NCBI GenBank assembly: GCA_045106895.1
Contig: JBGCFM010000004.1
Location: 1 to 27,427 of the forward strand
Direction of reading: 5' to 3'
Source of the DNA: Polyangiales bacterium
GTDB lineage: Bacteria > Myxococcota_A > Polyangia > Polyangiales > Houyiibacteriaceae
Length of the DNA stretch: 27,427 nt
In this document: in pieces, positions 18,290 to 26,421 of the stretch
How the letters are laid out: each line of letters starts with the position of its first letter
How positions within the stretch are numbered: position 1 is the stretch's first letter
The notes under the pieces: generated by a model
Told to the model about the DNA's origin: nothing
Databases searched by the model: none
Seen by the model: the letters and a program-made list of their open reading frames with translations, nothing else
Program-made: the position numbers and the translations under genes

Positions 18290-18362
18290 CTTTGAGGGTG
18301 AGCCGAACCACGGAGGCGAGGGAACTTTTGCAAGGTCCCCTCAAAGAAGAACGCCTTAGGAG
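18290..18362 (+). promoter_or_regulatory. Structured 5' leader with mutually exclusive pairings, plus RBS AGGAG (18358-18362)
   Basis: CTTTGAGGG (18290-18298) is complementary to CCCTCAAAG (18338-18346). Alternatively GAGGGAACTTT (18318-18328) pairs imperfectly with AAGGTCCCCTC (18332-18342). Confidence 0.35.
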
Positions 18363-18368
18363 CAACGA

Positions 18369-19460
18369 ATGAGCGATGTGATGATCGAAGCGCGGGACCT
18401 GACGAAAACCTACGGGTCCATGAACGCGCTCAAAGATGTGAGCTTTGAGGTCCGCAAGGGTGAGGTCGTCGGTTTCCTTGGCCCCAACGGCGCCGGCAAG
18501 ACCACGACAATGAAGATCCTGACGTGCTTTATCGCTCCTTCGAGCGGCAGCGCGAAGATCGACGGCCGAGATATCTGGGATGACCCTATGGGCGTCCGCG
18601 AGTCCATTGGATACCTCCCCGAGAGCACCCCGCTCTACACGGAGATGTTGGTCCTTGAGTACCTCGAGTTCATCGCGAAGATGCGCGGATTCAAGGGCAT
18701 CGAGATCCGCAAGCGCATCAAAAAGGCCGTGGAGCAGACGAGCCTTGGGGACGTCATCGCCAAAGAGATTCGCTCTCTCTCAAAGGGCTTCAAGCAGCGC
18801 GTGGGTCTCGCCCAGGCGCTGATTCATGAGCCCTCGGTGTTGATCTTGGACGAGCCTATGAGCGGTCTCGACCCCAACCAGGCGGCGGAGATTCGTGAAC
18901 TCATCAAGGACATCGGTCGCGAGCGCACCGTCGTCCTATCCACACATGACCTCGCTGAAGTTCAGGTCACCTGTGACCGCGTTCTCATCATCAGCAAAGG
19001 CCGCCTCGTCGCTGACGACACGCCGGACGAGCTGCGTGAGCGCACCGGCAAGGCTCAGTTCGTCGTGACCGTCAAGGGCGACGACGACAAGAAGGTGCGC
19101 GACATCCTCGGCGCCATCGGCGGCGTGAGTGGCGTCAAAGCGCGCACCGGCGAAGTCAAAGGCGAGAGCGTCTACTGGGTTGCCCCGAAGGGTACAGAAG
19201 ACCTTCGAGCGCCTATTTTCCAAGCGGCCGTCAAGGGCGAGCTGACGCTCCTCGGTTTGGAGCGCCGCTCCGAAGGCCTCGATCAGGTCTTCCGCGACCT
19301 CACGACGGGCACCGCCGAACCGGCGAAGAAAGCCAAGAAGTCTTCCAAGAAGGCATCGAAGGCTTCAAAACGAGACCAAAACGACACCGGCAAAGAACGC
19401 CCGGTGGCGAAGGCTGAAGCCGAAGACAGCAAAGCGTCCACCGGCTCGGAGGAAGAGTAA
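18369..19460 (+). CDS. ABC transporter ATP-binding protein, GldA-like, with Lys/Ser-rich tail
   Basis: GPNGAGKT, LSKGFKQR, LILDEP, LSTH; good RBS; TAATG overlap with the next gene. Confidence 0.95.
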   Translation: MSDVMIEARDLTKTYGSMNALKDVSFEVRKGEVVGFLGPNGAGKTTTMKILTCFIAPSSGSAKIDGRDIWDDPMGVRESIGYLPESTPLYTEMLVLEYLEFIAKMRGFKGIEIRKRIKKAVEQTSLGDVIAKEIRSLSKGFKQRVGLAQALIHEPSVLILDEPMSGLDPNQAAEIRELIKDIGRERTVVLSTHDLAEVQVTCDRVLIISKGRLVADDTPDELRERTGKAQFVVTVKGDDDKKVRDILGAIGGVSGVKARTGEVKGESVYWVAPKGTEDLRAPIFQAAVKGELTLLGLERRSEGLDQVFRDLTTGTAEPAKKAKKSSKKASKASKRDQNDTGKERPVAKAEAEDSKASTGSEEE

Positions 19461-20170
19461 TGCAGAACTTACTGACCATCGCAGGGCGGCAGTTCCGCTC
19501 CTATTTCAACGGCGCCATCGCCTACATCATCATTTGTTTCATCCTTCTGGTGGTGGGCTTCTACTTTTGGGAGACGTTCTTCCTCTACCGTCGCGCCACG
19601 ACCCGCGAGCTGTTTAGCTTGATGTCCCTCATCAACTACTTCGCGCTCCCGGCGCTGACGATGGGACTCATCGCCGAAGAGAAACGTACGAAGACCATCG
19701 AGCTTCTCATCACGATGCCCGTGAGCGAAGCCCAGGTGATCCTCGGCAAGTTCGTCGGGGTGTTGGGGCTCTACGCGGTCCTCCTCGCGCTAACGGTTCC
19801 GTACCCGATCAGCGTGTCCTCCTTGGGTGAGCTCGACTGGGGTCCTGTTTTCGCCGGCTACGTGAGCCTCTTCCTGCAGGGCAGCGCCATTCTCGCCCTC
19901 GGACTGATGGCTTCGTCGCTGACCGAGAGCCAGATCACGGCGCTCTTCATTACGTGGAGCTTCACCATCGTTTTCTTCCTCATCGACAAGTTCCTTCCGC
20001 TGGCGCCACTCTCCATCGCCGGCCTCCTCGAGTTCCTTTCATTCGATGCCCATCTCGACAGCATGCGCCGCGGCGTCATCGCGATGCGCGACCTCATCTT
20101 CTTCACGACCGTCTCCGCCATTGGCTTGATGGTCGCTTTCCGGGCTCTTGAGAGCCGACGCTGGAGCTAA
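19460..20170 (+). CDS. ABC-2 permease, GldF-like
   Basis: FRSYFNGAIAY, PALTMGLIAEEKRTKTIELLITMPV..VILGKF, SSLTESQI, HLDSMRRGVI, LESRRW. Confidence 0.92.
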   Translation: MQNLLTIAGRQFRSYFNGAIAYIIICFILLVVGFYFWETFFLYRRATTRELFSLMSLINYFALPALTMGLIAEEKRTKTIELLITMPVSEAQVILGKFVGVLGLYAVLLALTVPYPISVSSLGELDWGPVFAGYVSLFLQGSAILALGLMASSLTESQITALFITWSFTIVFFLIDKFLPLAPLSIAGLLEFLSFDAHLDSMRRGVIAMRDLIFFTTVSAIGLMVAFRALESRRWS

Positions 20171-20174
20171 GAAC

Positions 20175-21938
20175 ATGGCTGAAGAGCGAAGCAAACAACG
20201 CGCCGAGTCCATCGGCATCCTCGTGCTGGTTATCGGCACTCTCATCGGCATCAACGTGCTGGCCTACCACTTCAACTGGGGCCGCCTAGACACGACGAGC
20301 CAAGGTACTTGGAGCCTAAGCAACGCCTCCAAGACCACCGTCTCCGAGCTCACGGACGAGATGGAGATCATCGGTTACTTCAGCGAGGACTTGCCCGCGC
20401 AGTTTTCAAGCGTGGAGTCCTACGTTCGCGACATCTTGGGCGAGTACCAGGCAGCCTCGAACGGCAACCTTCGCGTTCGCTTCGTTCACCCCAACGAAGA
20501 CGCGGAGAAGGAAGAAGCCAACGAAGCAGGCGTCCCCCTCGCCGCCTTCCCGGACATCTCCAATGACCGACAGGGCGTCGTCCAGGGCTTCGCCGGTCTC
20601 GCGTTTCGCTACCTTGGTTCCACGACGGCGATCCCCACCGTCGAAGGAGTCGAGGGCCTCGAGTACCGCATCACCATGAAGATCAAGGAGCTCGCCGGCG
20701 AGAAGACAGTCGTCGGCATCGTCTCCGGACACGGTGGACCCACCCTTGAAGAAGGCCTCGGCTTCCTTCAGCAGGGACTTCCGAGCATCTACGAGCTGCG
20801 CGCCGTTCCTTTGACGAGCGAAATCCCGGACGACATCGACGCACTTCTGATCATGGCGCCGGACGTGCCCTTCGAAGAGGTGGAGCTCGGCCGCTTGAAT
20901 CAGTACGTGATGGCGGGCGGAAGCCTTGGCGTCTTCGGCGCTGGAGCACAGGTGGACCTGGCTGGACAAACCGGACCAAGCGTCGCCACTGCGGACATGA
21001 ACCTCGCTCCTCTGCTCAGCGGCTGGGGCGTCGGCATTCGCAACGACCTCGTCATGGACTGTTTCGCAGGCTGCGGCCGCGTCCCCGTCGAACAGCGAAC
21101 CCCCTTCGGCACCATGCGCGTTCCTGCGCCTTACCCGCCGATGCCAGGCGTCGCTCTGAGCGAAGAGGTACGACAGCATCCAGCCGTCTTCCGGATTCCG
21201 AACGCGCAGATGCCCTTCACGAACTCCTTGGAGTTGACGAGCGCCGGCGAGGGCGTGGAGGTCACCACCCTCGCGCACTCCACGGAGCACAGCTGGCGTG
21301 AAACCAGCGCCATCGATGTCACCCCCCGCGAGCAAAGCGGCTGGCGGCCAAACGGTGATGGTGGTCCCTTCCCACTTATGATCGCCATCGAAGGCGCCCT
21401 GCCCTCGGCTTTCCCAGCGTCCACAGAAGGTGGAATTGAAGCCGCGAGCCAAGCGCCGGAGACCACCCGCGTCCTCGTCTCGGGCTCGAGCGACTACTTC
21501 ATGTGGCGCCCGGAGTTCCAGCCCCAGCTCCCACCGGGTCAGTCTCTAAACCCGCAGCAGCTTGGACAGGTGCTTGGCCTCGCCATGAACAACATCGACT
21601 GGCTCGCCGCGGAGTCGGAACTCGTTGCACTTCGCTCGAAGACCGTCGACGACCCACAGATCGCCATCCCCGAGATTCTCGCGGCGGAGCAAGAGTTCGA
21701 AGCCGCGCAGACTTCGGCGGAAACCGCCGTTGAGGACCAGGACCAAGGCGCATTGGACGAAGCCGAGCAGGCAGCGCAAGACGCCGTAGCCGCTTACCGA
21801 GCCGCGGAAGAAGAGTTCGATCGCCGCAAGCTCAAGTACAAGCTCGCGAACATGCTGGGCATTCCTTTCGGATTCGCCCTCTTCGGTTTCATTCGATGGC
21901 GGATGCGAAACTCCCGCCGCAAGAACCTCAAACTCTGA
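20175..21938 (+). CDS. GldG-family ABC auxiliary component (extracytoplasmic domain between two TMs)
   Basis: N-terminal TM, RLDTT..WSLSNASK, YFSEDLP, LEYRITMKI, GHG, LNQYVMAGG, NNIDWL...LVALRSK, C-terminal TM + WRMR; start ATG 20175. Confidence 0.9.
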   Translation: MAEERSKQRAESIGILVLVIGTLIGINVLAYHFNWGRLDTTSQGTWSLSNASKTTVSELTDEMEIIGYFSEDLPAQFSSVESYVRDILGEYQAASNGNLRVRFVHPNEDAEKEEANEAGVPLAAFPDISNDRQGVVQGFAGLAFRYLGSTTAIPTVEGVEGLEYRITMKIKELAGEKTVVGIVSGHGGPTLEEGLGFLQQGLPSIYELRAVPLTSEIPDDIDALLIMAPDVPFEEVELGRLNQYVMAGGSLGVFGAGAQVDLAGQTGPSVATADMNLAPLLSGWGVGIRNDLVMDCFAGCGRVPVEQRTPFGTMRVPAPYPPMPGVALSEEVRQHPAVFRIPNAQMPFTNSLELTSAGEGVEVTTLAHSTEHSWRETSAIDVTPREQSGWRPNGDGGPFPLMIAIEGALPSAFPASTEGGIEAASQAPETTRVLVSGSSDYFMWRPEFQPQLPPGQSLNPQQLGQVLGLAMNNIDWLAAESELVALRSKTVDDPQIAIPEILAAEQEFEAAQTSAETAVEDQDQGALDEAEQAAQDAVAAYRAAEEEFDRRKLKYKLANMLGIPFGFALFGFIRWRMRNSRRKNLKL

Positions 21939-21962
21939 GTAGAAGACCCGAGTGAGAAAAGT

Positions 21963-23141
21963 ATGAACAAGAAACTCGCCCTTGCAGCCGGAGCCTTCGT
22001 CGTCACCATCGTCGGCGCCTTCGTCGCCCTCAACGGACGCGACACCGAAACGGTTGAGACGACGGACGCAGCTCCGGAGTTTCCAACCATCGAGCGCGAC
22101 AGCATCACGCAGATCGACATCACACGCCCCGCGAGCGGCGATGAACCCGCCACGACGGTCACGCTGACGAAGAGCGGCGACGAGTGGCGGGTCACAGCGC
22201 CCCTCGATGCCGAGACGGACGAGAGCGCGATTTCGACGGCCCTCGATAAGCTCGGCGAAATGGATGTCACGGGCATCGCCGCATCCCGAGAGGAGAACTA
22301 CGAGCTCCTGGAGGTGGACGATTCCGGCATTCAGGTGACGGTCCACCAAGGTGACGACACCGTCGAACTCATCATTGGCGCCTACCGTGGCCGCAATACA
22401 ATGGTTCGCGTCGCCGGTGAGACGTCCGTCTTTCAGGTCGCGGGCTCGATTAAGTACGCATTCAACAAGGAGCTCAAAGACTGGCGGAACCGCCGGGTCC
22501 TGGCTGTACAGGCTGACCGCGTGCGACAGATTCACTTTCAAAGTGAAAACGGCGACTACACGTTCAATCGAAACGTCAGCGGTGAGTGGGAGCCTGTGGA
22601 AGGCCAAGAGCCCATCGAGCGTTTCGGCTCCTCGAAGGTCCAGTCCATCGCAGCCAGTATCGCTGGCATGCGTGCCGTCAACTTCGCAGCAGCAGACATA
22701 AGCGAGAGCGCAGCGGGCTTCGACAGTCCGAGCGGCACCGTGACGCTCAGCATCGCCCCCGAGCGTGAAGAAGACGCTGAGGATGCTCCCCTAGACCCAA
22801 GCACCTTCGAAGACATCGTGCTTCATGTGGGTGGCGAGAGCGGCAGCAACAATGAGTGGTACGTCCGTCACGTCGGGAACCCAGTCATCTACGTGATCTC
22901 CACTTACCTGGCGGACCGCATGCGTGCTGGAACGGAGCAGTTCCAGAACCCAGAACCGGGCAGCGAGCCCGCCGCCGCGCCCCCTGGCGGGATGCCTGGC
23001 ATGCCCGGCGGAATGCCTGGCATGCCCGGCGGAATGCCGGGCGGAATGCCTGGCGGTCCAGGTGGTCAGCAGATCCCGCCGGAGTTGATGCAGCAGATAC
23101 AGCAGCAGCTCCAGCAGCAACAAGCAGCGGGCGGAAACTGA
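21963..23141 (+). CDS. DUF4340 domain-containing protein with GGM/Pro repeats and Gln-rich tail
   Basis: N-terminal anchor, LTKSGDEWRVTAP, WRNRRVL, WYVR..NPVIYVI; the usual fourth gene of GldAFG-like operons. Confidence 0.85.
   Translation: MNKKLALAAGAFVVTIVGAFVALNGRDTETVETTDAAPEFPTIERDSITQIDITRPASGDEPATTVTLTKSGDEWRVTAPLDAETDESAISTALDKLGEMDVTGIAASREENYELLEVDDSGIQVTVHQGDDTVELIIGAYRGRNTMVRVAGETSVFQVAGSIKYAFNKELKDWRNRRVLAVQADRVRQIHFQSENGDYTFNRNVSGEWEPVEGQEPIERFGSSKVQSIAASIAGMRAVNFAAADISESAAGFDSPSGTVTLSIAPEREEDAEDAPLDPSTFEDIVLHVGGESGSNNEWYVRHVGNPVIYVISTYLADRMRAGTEQFQNPEPGSEPAAAPPGGMPGMPGGMPGMPGGMPGGMPGGPGGQQIPPELMQQIQQQLQQQQAAGGN
22983..23060 (+). repeat. Coding tandem repeat (PGGMPGM)n
   Basis: ggcgg(g/a)atgcctggcatgccc twice (21-bp unit) plus shorter GGMP units. 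Confidence 0.85.
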
Positions 23142-23157
23142 CCTAGAGCGGCGCTCG

Positions 23158-23182
23158 AGTGTCCTGAGTGATTCGGGACACT
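23158..23182 (+). terminator. Stem-loop just after the DUF4340 stop (possible terminator or processing hairpin; no U tract)
   Basis: AGTGTCCTGAG-TGA-TTCGGGACACT, an 11-bp stem with two G-U pairs on the + strand. Confidence 0.4.
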
Positions 23183-23340
23183 ACCCCAGTGTTCGATTGG
23201 GTTTGCTCATATGGGCGAGCGATTTCGCTCATGGCAAGGCGCGACGATGAAGGAAGGTCCCCGACCTTTCGAAGAGTCGCCGGCGCGGCCATGAGCGGAA
23301 GGAGCCGGCCAGGTGGGTATACCCAATCGCACACTGGGGT
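23183..23340 (+). ncRNA. Candidate 158-nt rod-like structured RNA or REP/MITE-like palindromic element, family unassigned
   Basis: Nested inverted repeats: 23183-23202/23321-23340 (19/20 pairs), 23223-23235/23288-23300, 23241-23245/23276-23280, 23252-23259/23263-23270. Wobble pairs are G-U on the + strand. Confidence 0.5.
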
Positions 23341-26180
23341 TAGCTGGCGAGGGGGATCCGAATTCGAAACTCGGCCCCACCAAGACCACTCTGCCCGACG
23401 GTGATGGTGCCGCCCTGCTGCGTGACAACGTCACGGGCGATGGCTAGCCCAAGGCCCGTCCCGTCGGTCGGCTGTCGGGTGGTGACAAAAGGCTCGAAGA
23501 TCCGTTGTCGGAGGAGCTCTGGTACACCAGGTCCCGTGTCCTCAACGAGGATCTCGTAGTGGCCTTCAATGAGCCCGCCGGTGATCCGCACGGTACCGTC
23601 GTCCCCCACGGCACGCGCAGCGTTGTCCAACAGGTTTAGAAAGACACTGTGCATGTCCCCGGCGCGACCACGCAGGTGAGCGTCTTTGTCCACGCTAAGC
23701 TCAATCGAAATACTGTCGCTGAACCGGCTCTCCATCAGACGTGCGCACGCCGCGAGGCCGCGACCAGGACAGTAGGTTCCAACAGCATCTCGATCCACAC
23801 GCGACAGGTCGAGAAGGTCGGTGGTGACCGCCTCGATGCGATCCGCACATTCCCGAAAAACAGCGAACATCTTCTTCGTCGGTGCGTCCATGCCATCGGC
23901 TAAGCGCGCTTCCACGACGGGGAGGCCGGCGATGAGCGAGTTGAGTGGGTTACGAATGTTATGGGCCACCGAAGCCGCCGTGAACCCAAGGGTGGCCAAA
24001 CGCTCACGATGTGTGAAGCGTCCAACCATACGTCGGGCGCGGACCAGGGCATCCACACGCGCGAGCAGTTCCCGTCCGTGAAATGGCTTCGCCACGTAGT
24101 CTTCGGCGCCAGCGTCAAAGCCGTCGAGCACTTGGTCCGCCTCGGAGCGTGCGGTGACGAGGACAATGGGGATGTCACGCAGCGCGGGCGATTCTCGGAC
24201 TGCACGCGTCAACTCCAGCCCATTCATTGTCGGCATCGACACATCGGAAACGATGACGTCGGGGACGAGCGCCTCCGCCTTCTTGAGCCCTTGTTTACCA
24301 TCGGTCGCCGACTCCACCCGGTAGCGCACGGCGAGCACATCGCAGACGAAGCGCCGCACATCCGAGTTGTCCTCGACCACCAGCGCAAGCGGCGCAGCCT
24401 CATCCGGCCCAGCTCGCCGCTCCTCGGTGTCGGCGTCCACGTTCTGGATACTCATCGGCGCAAAGCTGTGCACCGTGCTCTCCCGCTCCACAAGGACCCT
24501 CGGGACGTAGAGACGAAATGTCGCCCCCACACCAACCTCAGAATCGACCTCCACGCGTCCGTCATGAAGGCGTGCTGCTTCCGCGACGAGCGCGAGGCCA
24601 ATCCCCGACCCTGCCGTCGCCCCGACGCCACGCGAGAAGCGCTCAAAGAGGCGAGCTCGAAGTTCTTCCGCGATGCCGGGCCCCTCATCGCTCACTTCGA
24701 AAACAAGCTCGTCACCATTGTCGACCACACGAAGCGCAAGCTCGTCGCCGGCGGAACTATAACGAAGACCATTCGCGAGCAGGTTCGTCACGGCGGTCTC
24801 GATCCACGCGCGGTCAATACCGACGATGGATGGTGCCCGTGAAGCGTCAAAGTTCAGCGTCACCGACTTCGCATTGGCGGCGGCACTAAACGACTCCTCG
24901 AGCGCGCGAACGAGCGACGCGGGCTCCACGGCGCTTCGAGTTAGCGTAGCGCTGGCCGACTCCGCCCGAGCGAGGTCCAAGAGCTGATCGATCATCGTGA
25001 TCAAACGCCGCGCGTTCCGCTCCATCGCGACCACGGCGACGTCGTGCCCACCCGCGGGTTCTTCGCCCCGCGCCAGTTGCTCGATGGGTGAAAGAAGAAG
25101 CGTTAGCGGTGTTCGAAGCTCGTGGCTGATGTTCGAGAAGAAGTCCACGCGTGCCTGGTTGAGTGAGCGCAGCTCCGTCAGCGTCTTATGTAAGCGCGCT
25201 GTGGTCGCAGCGAGGTCGCTTGTCCGCACGTCGACCTTCTCGTCGACCCTTGCCTTCGCGTCGACCAACGCTTCGAAACGCTCCTCGTTCTGCCTCGCGC
25301 TCGTCGTCAAACTCGCACGGAACGTATTTGTGCGGGCCACGAGTTCCTCGATTTCCTTGGATTGGCGCCAAGTCTCAAGCATGAAATATGCGGAAGTCGC
25401 AGCGAGCGACGCAAACAAAAGACTCACTGTTGAGCCCATGCTCAGCGCCATGGCGAGAGCGGCGACGGTCGCAAACACGAGCGGGAACGCCACCCACGTC
25501 TTCATACGCTTGCTCGACTCGTCCCACTCCACCTCGAAGGTGCAAAGGTCGTGTCCATCGCACATACATGTCTCGTGGACGGTGGCGAGACGCCCACCGA
25601 AGAGAAGCGGAACGGCCTCGAGTTGCGCGCGAACAAACGTACAAACGTGCTTCGTCTTTGGGGGCTCAAGGCCCTCGCTCAACTCAAGGAAGATTCGGCG
25701 TTTACGAGGGCCCGTTTGTTCAATGCGAATGTCGCGCGCTTTGTTAAAGCGCGGGGCGGACTTGACGATCCCGTCGATGGTTGAACCCACCGAACCAAAC
25801 GCGCGAAGAAGTGGATAGATCGGGCCCAGGTAACGGTTTGATATTGCCGCGCGCCCGGCACGTTCGATGATCTCTGGGCCAACGAGTTCGACCATGCCTT
25901 GCATGAAGCGCTCACCGAATTCGAACTTCGTCCATGCCTGCTCGTGCAGGAGACTCCGCACGTCGATGTTCCAGCCACGAAAGAGCTCGTTGACTCGCTC
26001 CGAGCCGACTTCTTCATCCGCTGCATCCAAGATCGCGACGAGAGCCCAAGGGTGAAGTTCCATTCCCAGAACGTCGTGCTCTTCCGACAGCGTCCGTGTC
26101 TCGAAAGACGGCTCCACGCTCGCTGCACTATTCGGAGCTACCTCAGCCCTACTCACGGTCGGTTTCTCATCCTCGCTCAT
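23340..26180 (-). CDS. Hybrid sensor histidine kinase: V4R-like sensor - 2 TM - HisKA/HATPase - REC - second HisKA/HATPase (~946 aa)
   Basis: HVC...HETCMCDGHDLCTFEVEW (V4R-like). Core 1: SHELRTPL, NLLANG, DEGPGI, GSGIGL. REC: VVEDN, DVIVSDVSMP, AKPF. Core 2: AHNIRNPL, NLLDNA, DTGPG, FEPF, GTGLGL. Start ATG 26180 (MSEDEK) preferred. Confidence 0.92.
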   Translation of the reverse strand: MSEDEKPTVSRAEVAPNSAASVEPSFETRTLSEEHDVLGMELHPWALVAILDAADEEVGSERVNELFRGWNIDVRSLLHEQAWTKFEFGERFMQGMVELVGPEIIERAGRAAISNRYLGPIYPLLRAFGSVGSTIDGIVKSAPRFNKARDIRIEQTGPRKRRIFLELSEGLEPPKTKHVCTFVRAQLEAVPLLFGGRLATVHETCMCDGHDLCTFEVEWDESSKRMKTWVAFPLVFATVAALAMALSMGSTVSLLFASLAATSAYFMLETWRQSKEIEELVARTNTFRASLTTSARQNEERFEALVDAKARVDEKVDVRTSDLAATTARLHKTLTELRSLNQARVDFFSNISHELRTPLTLLLSPIEQLARGEEPAGGHDVAVVAMERNARRLITMIDQLLDLARAESASATLTRSAVEPASLVRALEESFSAAANAKSVTLNFDASRAPSIVGIDRAWIETAVTNLLANGLRYSSAGDELALRVVDNGDELVFEVSDEGPGIAEELRARLFERFSRGVGATAGSGIGLALVAEAARLHDGRVEVDSEVGVGATFRLYVPRVLVERESTVHSFAPMSIQNVDADTEERRAGPDEAAPLALVVEDNSDVRRFVCDVLAVRYRVESATDGKQGLKKAEALVPDVIVSDVSMPTMNGLELTRAVRESPALRDIPIVLVTARSEADQVLDGFDAGAEDYVAKPFHGRELLARVDALVRARRMVGRFTHRERLATLGFTAASVAHNIRNPLNSLIAGLPVVEARLADGMDAPTKKMFAVFRECADRIEAVTTDLLDLSRVDRDAVGTYCPGRGLAACARLMESRFSDSISIELSVDKDAHLRGRAGDMHSVFLNLLDNAARAVGDDGTVRITGGLIEGHYEILVEDTGPGVPELLRQRIFEPFVTTRQPTDGTGLGLAIARDVVTQQGGTITVGQSGLGGAEFRIRIPLAS

Positions 26181-26421
26181 GCCCCGCCAATCGCGCCGCA
26201 AACATAGAAGGTTCAGCGTCGAGATCGAAGCGCTGCACGAGTTCCCTCGACCAGATATGTCGGGCGAGTGATTCGTAACATGTGCTAGGTAGTGGCCACA
26301 TCGCTCGCCCACTCGTGACGGTAAAAACTACGCTGTTCATGCAAAAAGCCTATTCCTTGTTCGCGAAGCAACCCAGAAGTGCATTCAAGCTCCCTCCTCG
26401 ACGCACCGTAGGTACACCTAG

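Noticed and set aside
23183..23340. Retron msr-msd or SRP RNA
   Set aside because: There is no reverse transcriptase in the window. GCGGAAGGAGCC resembles SRP helix 8, but the bases around GGAA do not pair and the CAGG/AGCA motifs are not properly placed.
23176..23345. Integron attC site (the kinase stop lies within AGCTAAC on the - strand)
   Set aside because: The other end lacks GTTRRRY, the region that should be the unpaired spacer is fully paired, and there is no integrase or cassette array.
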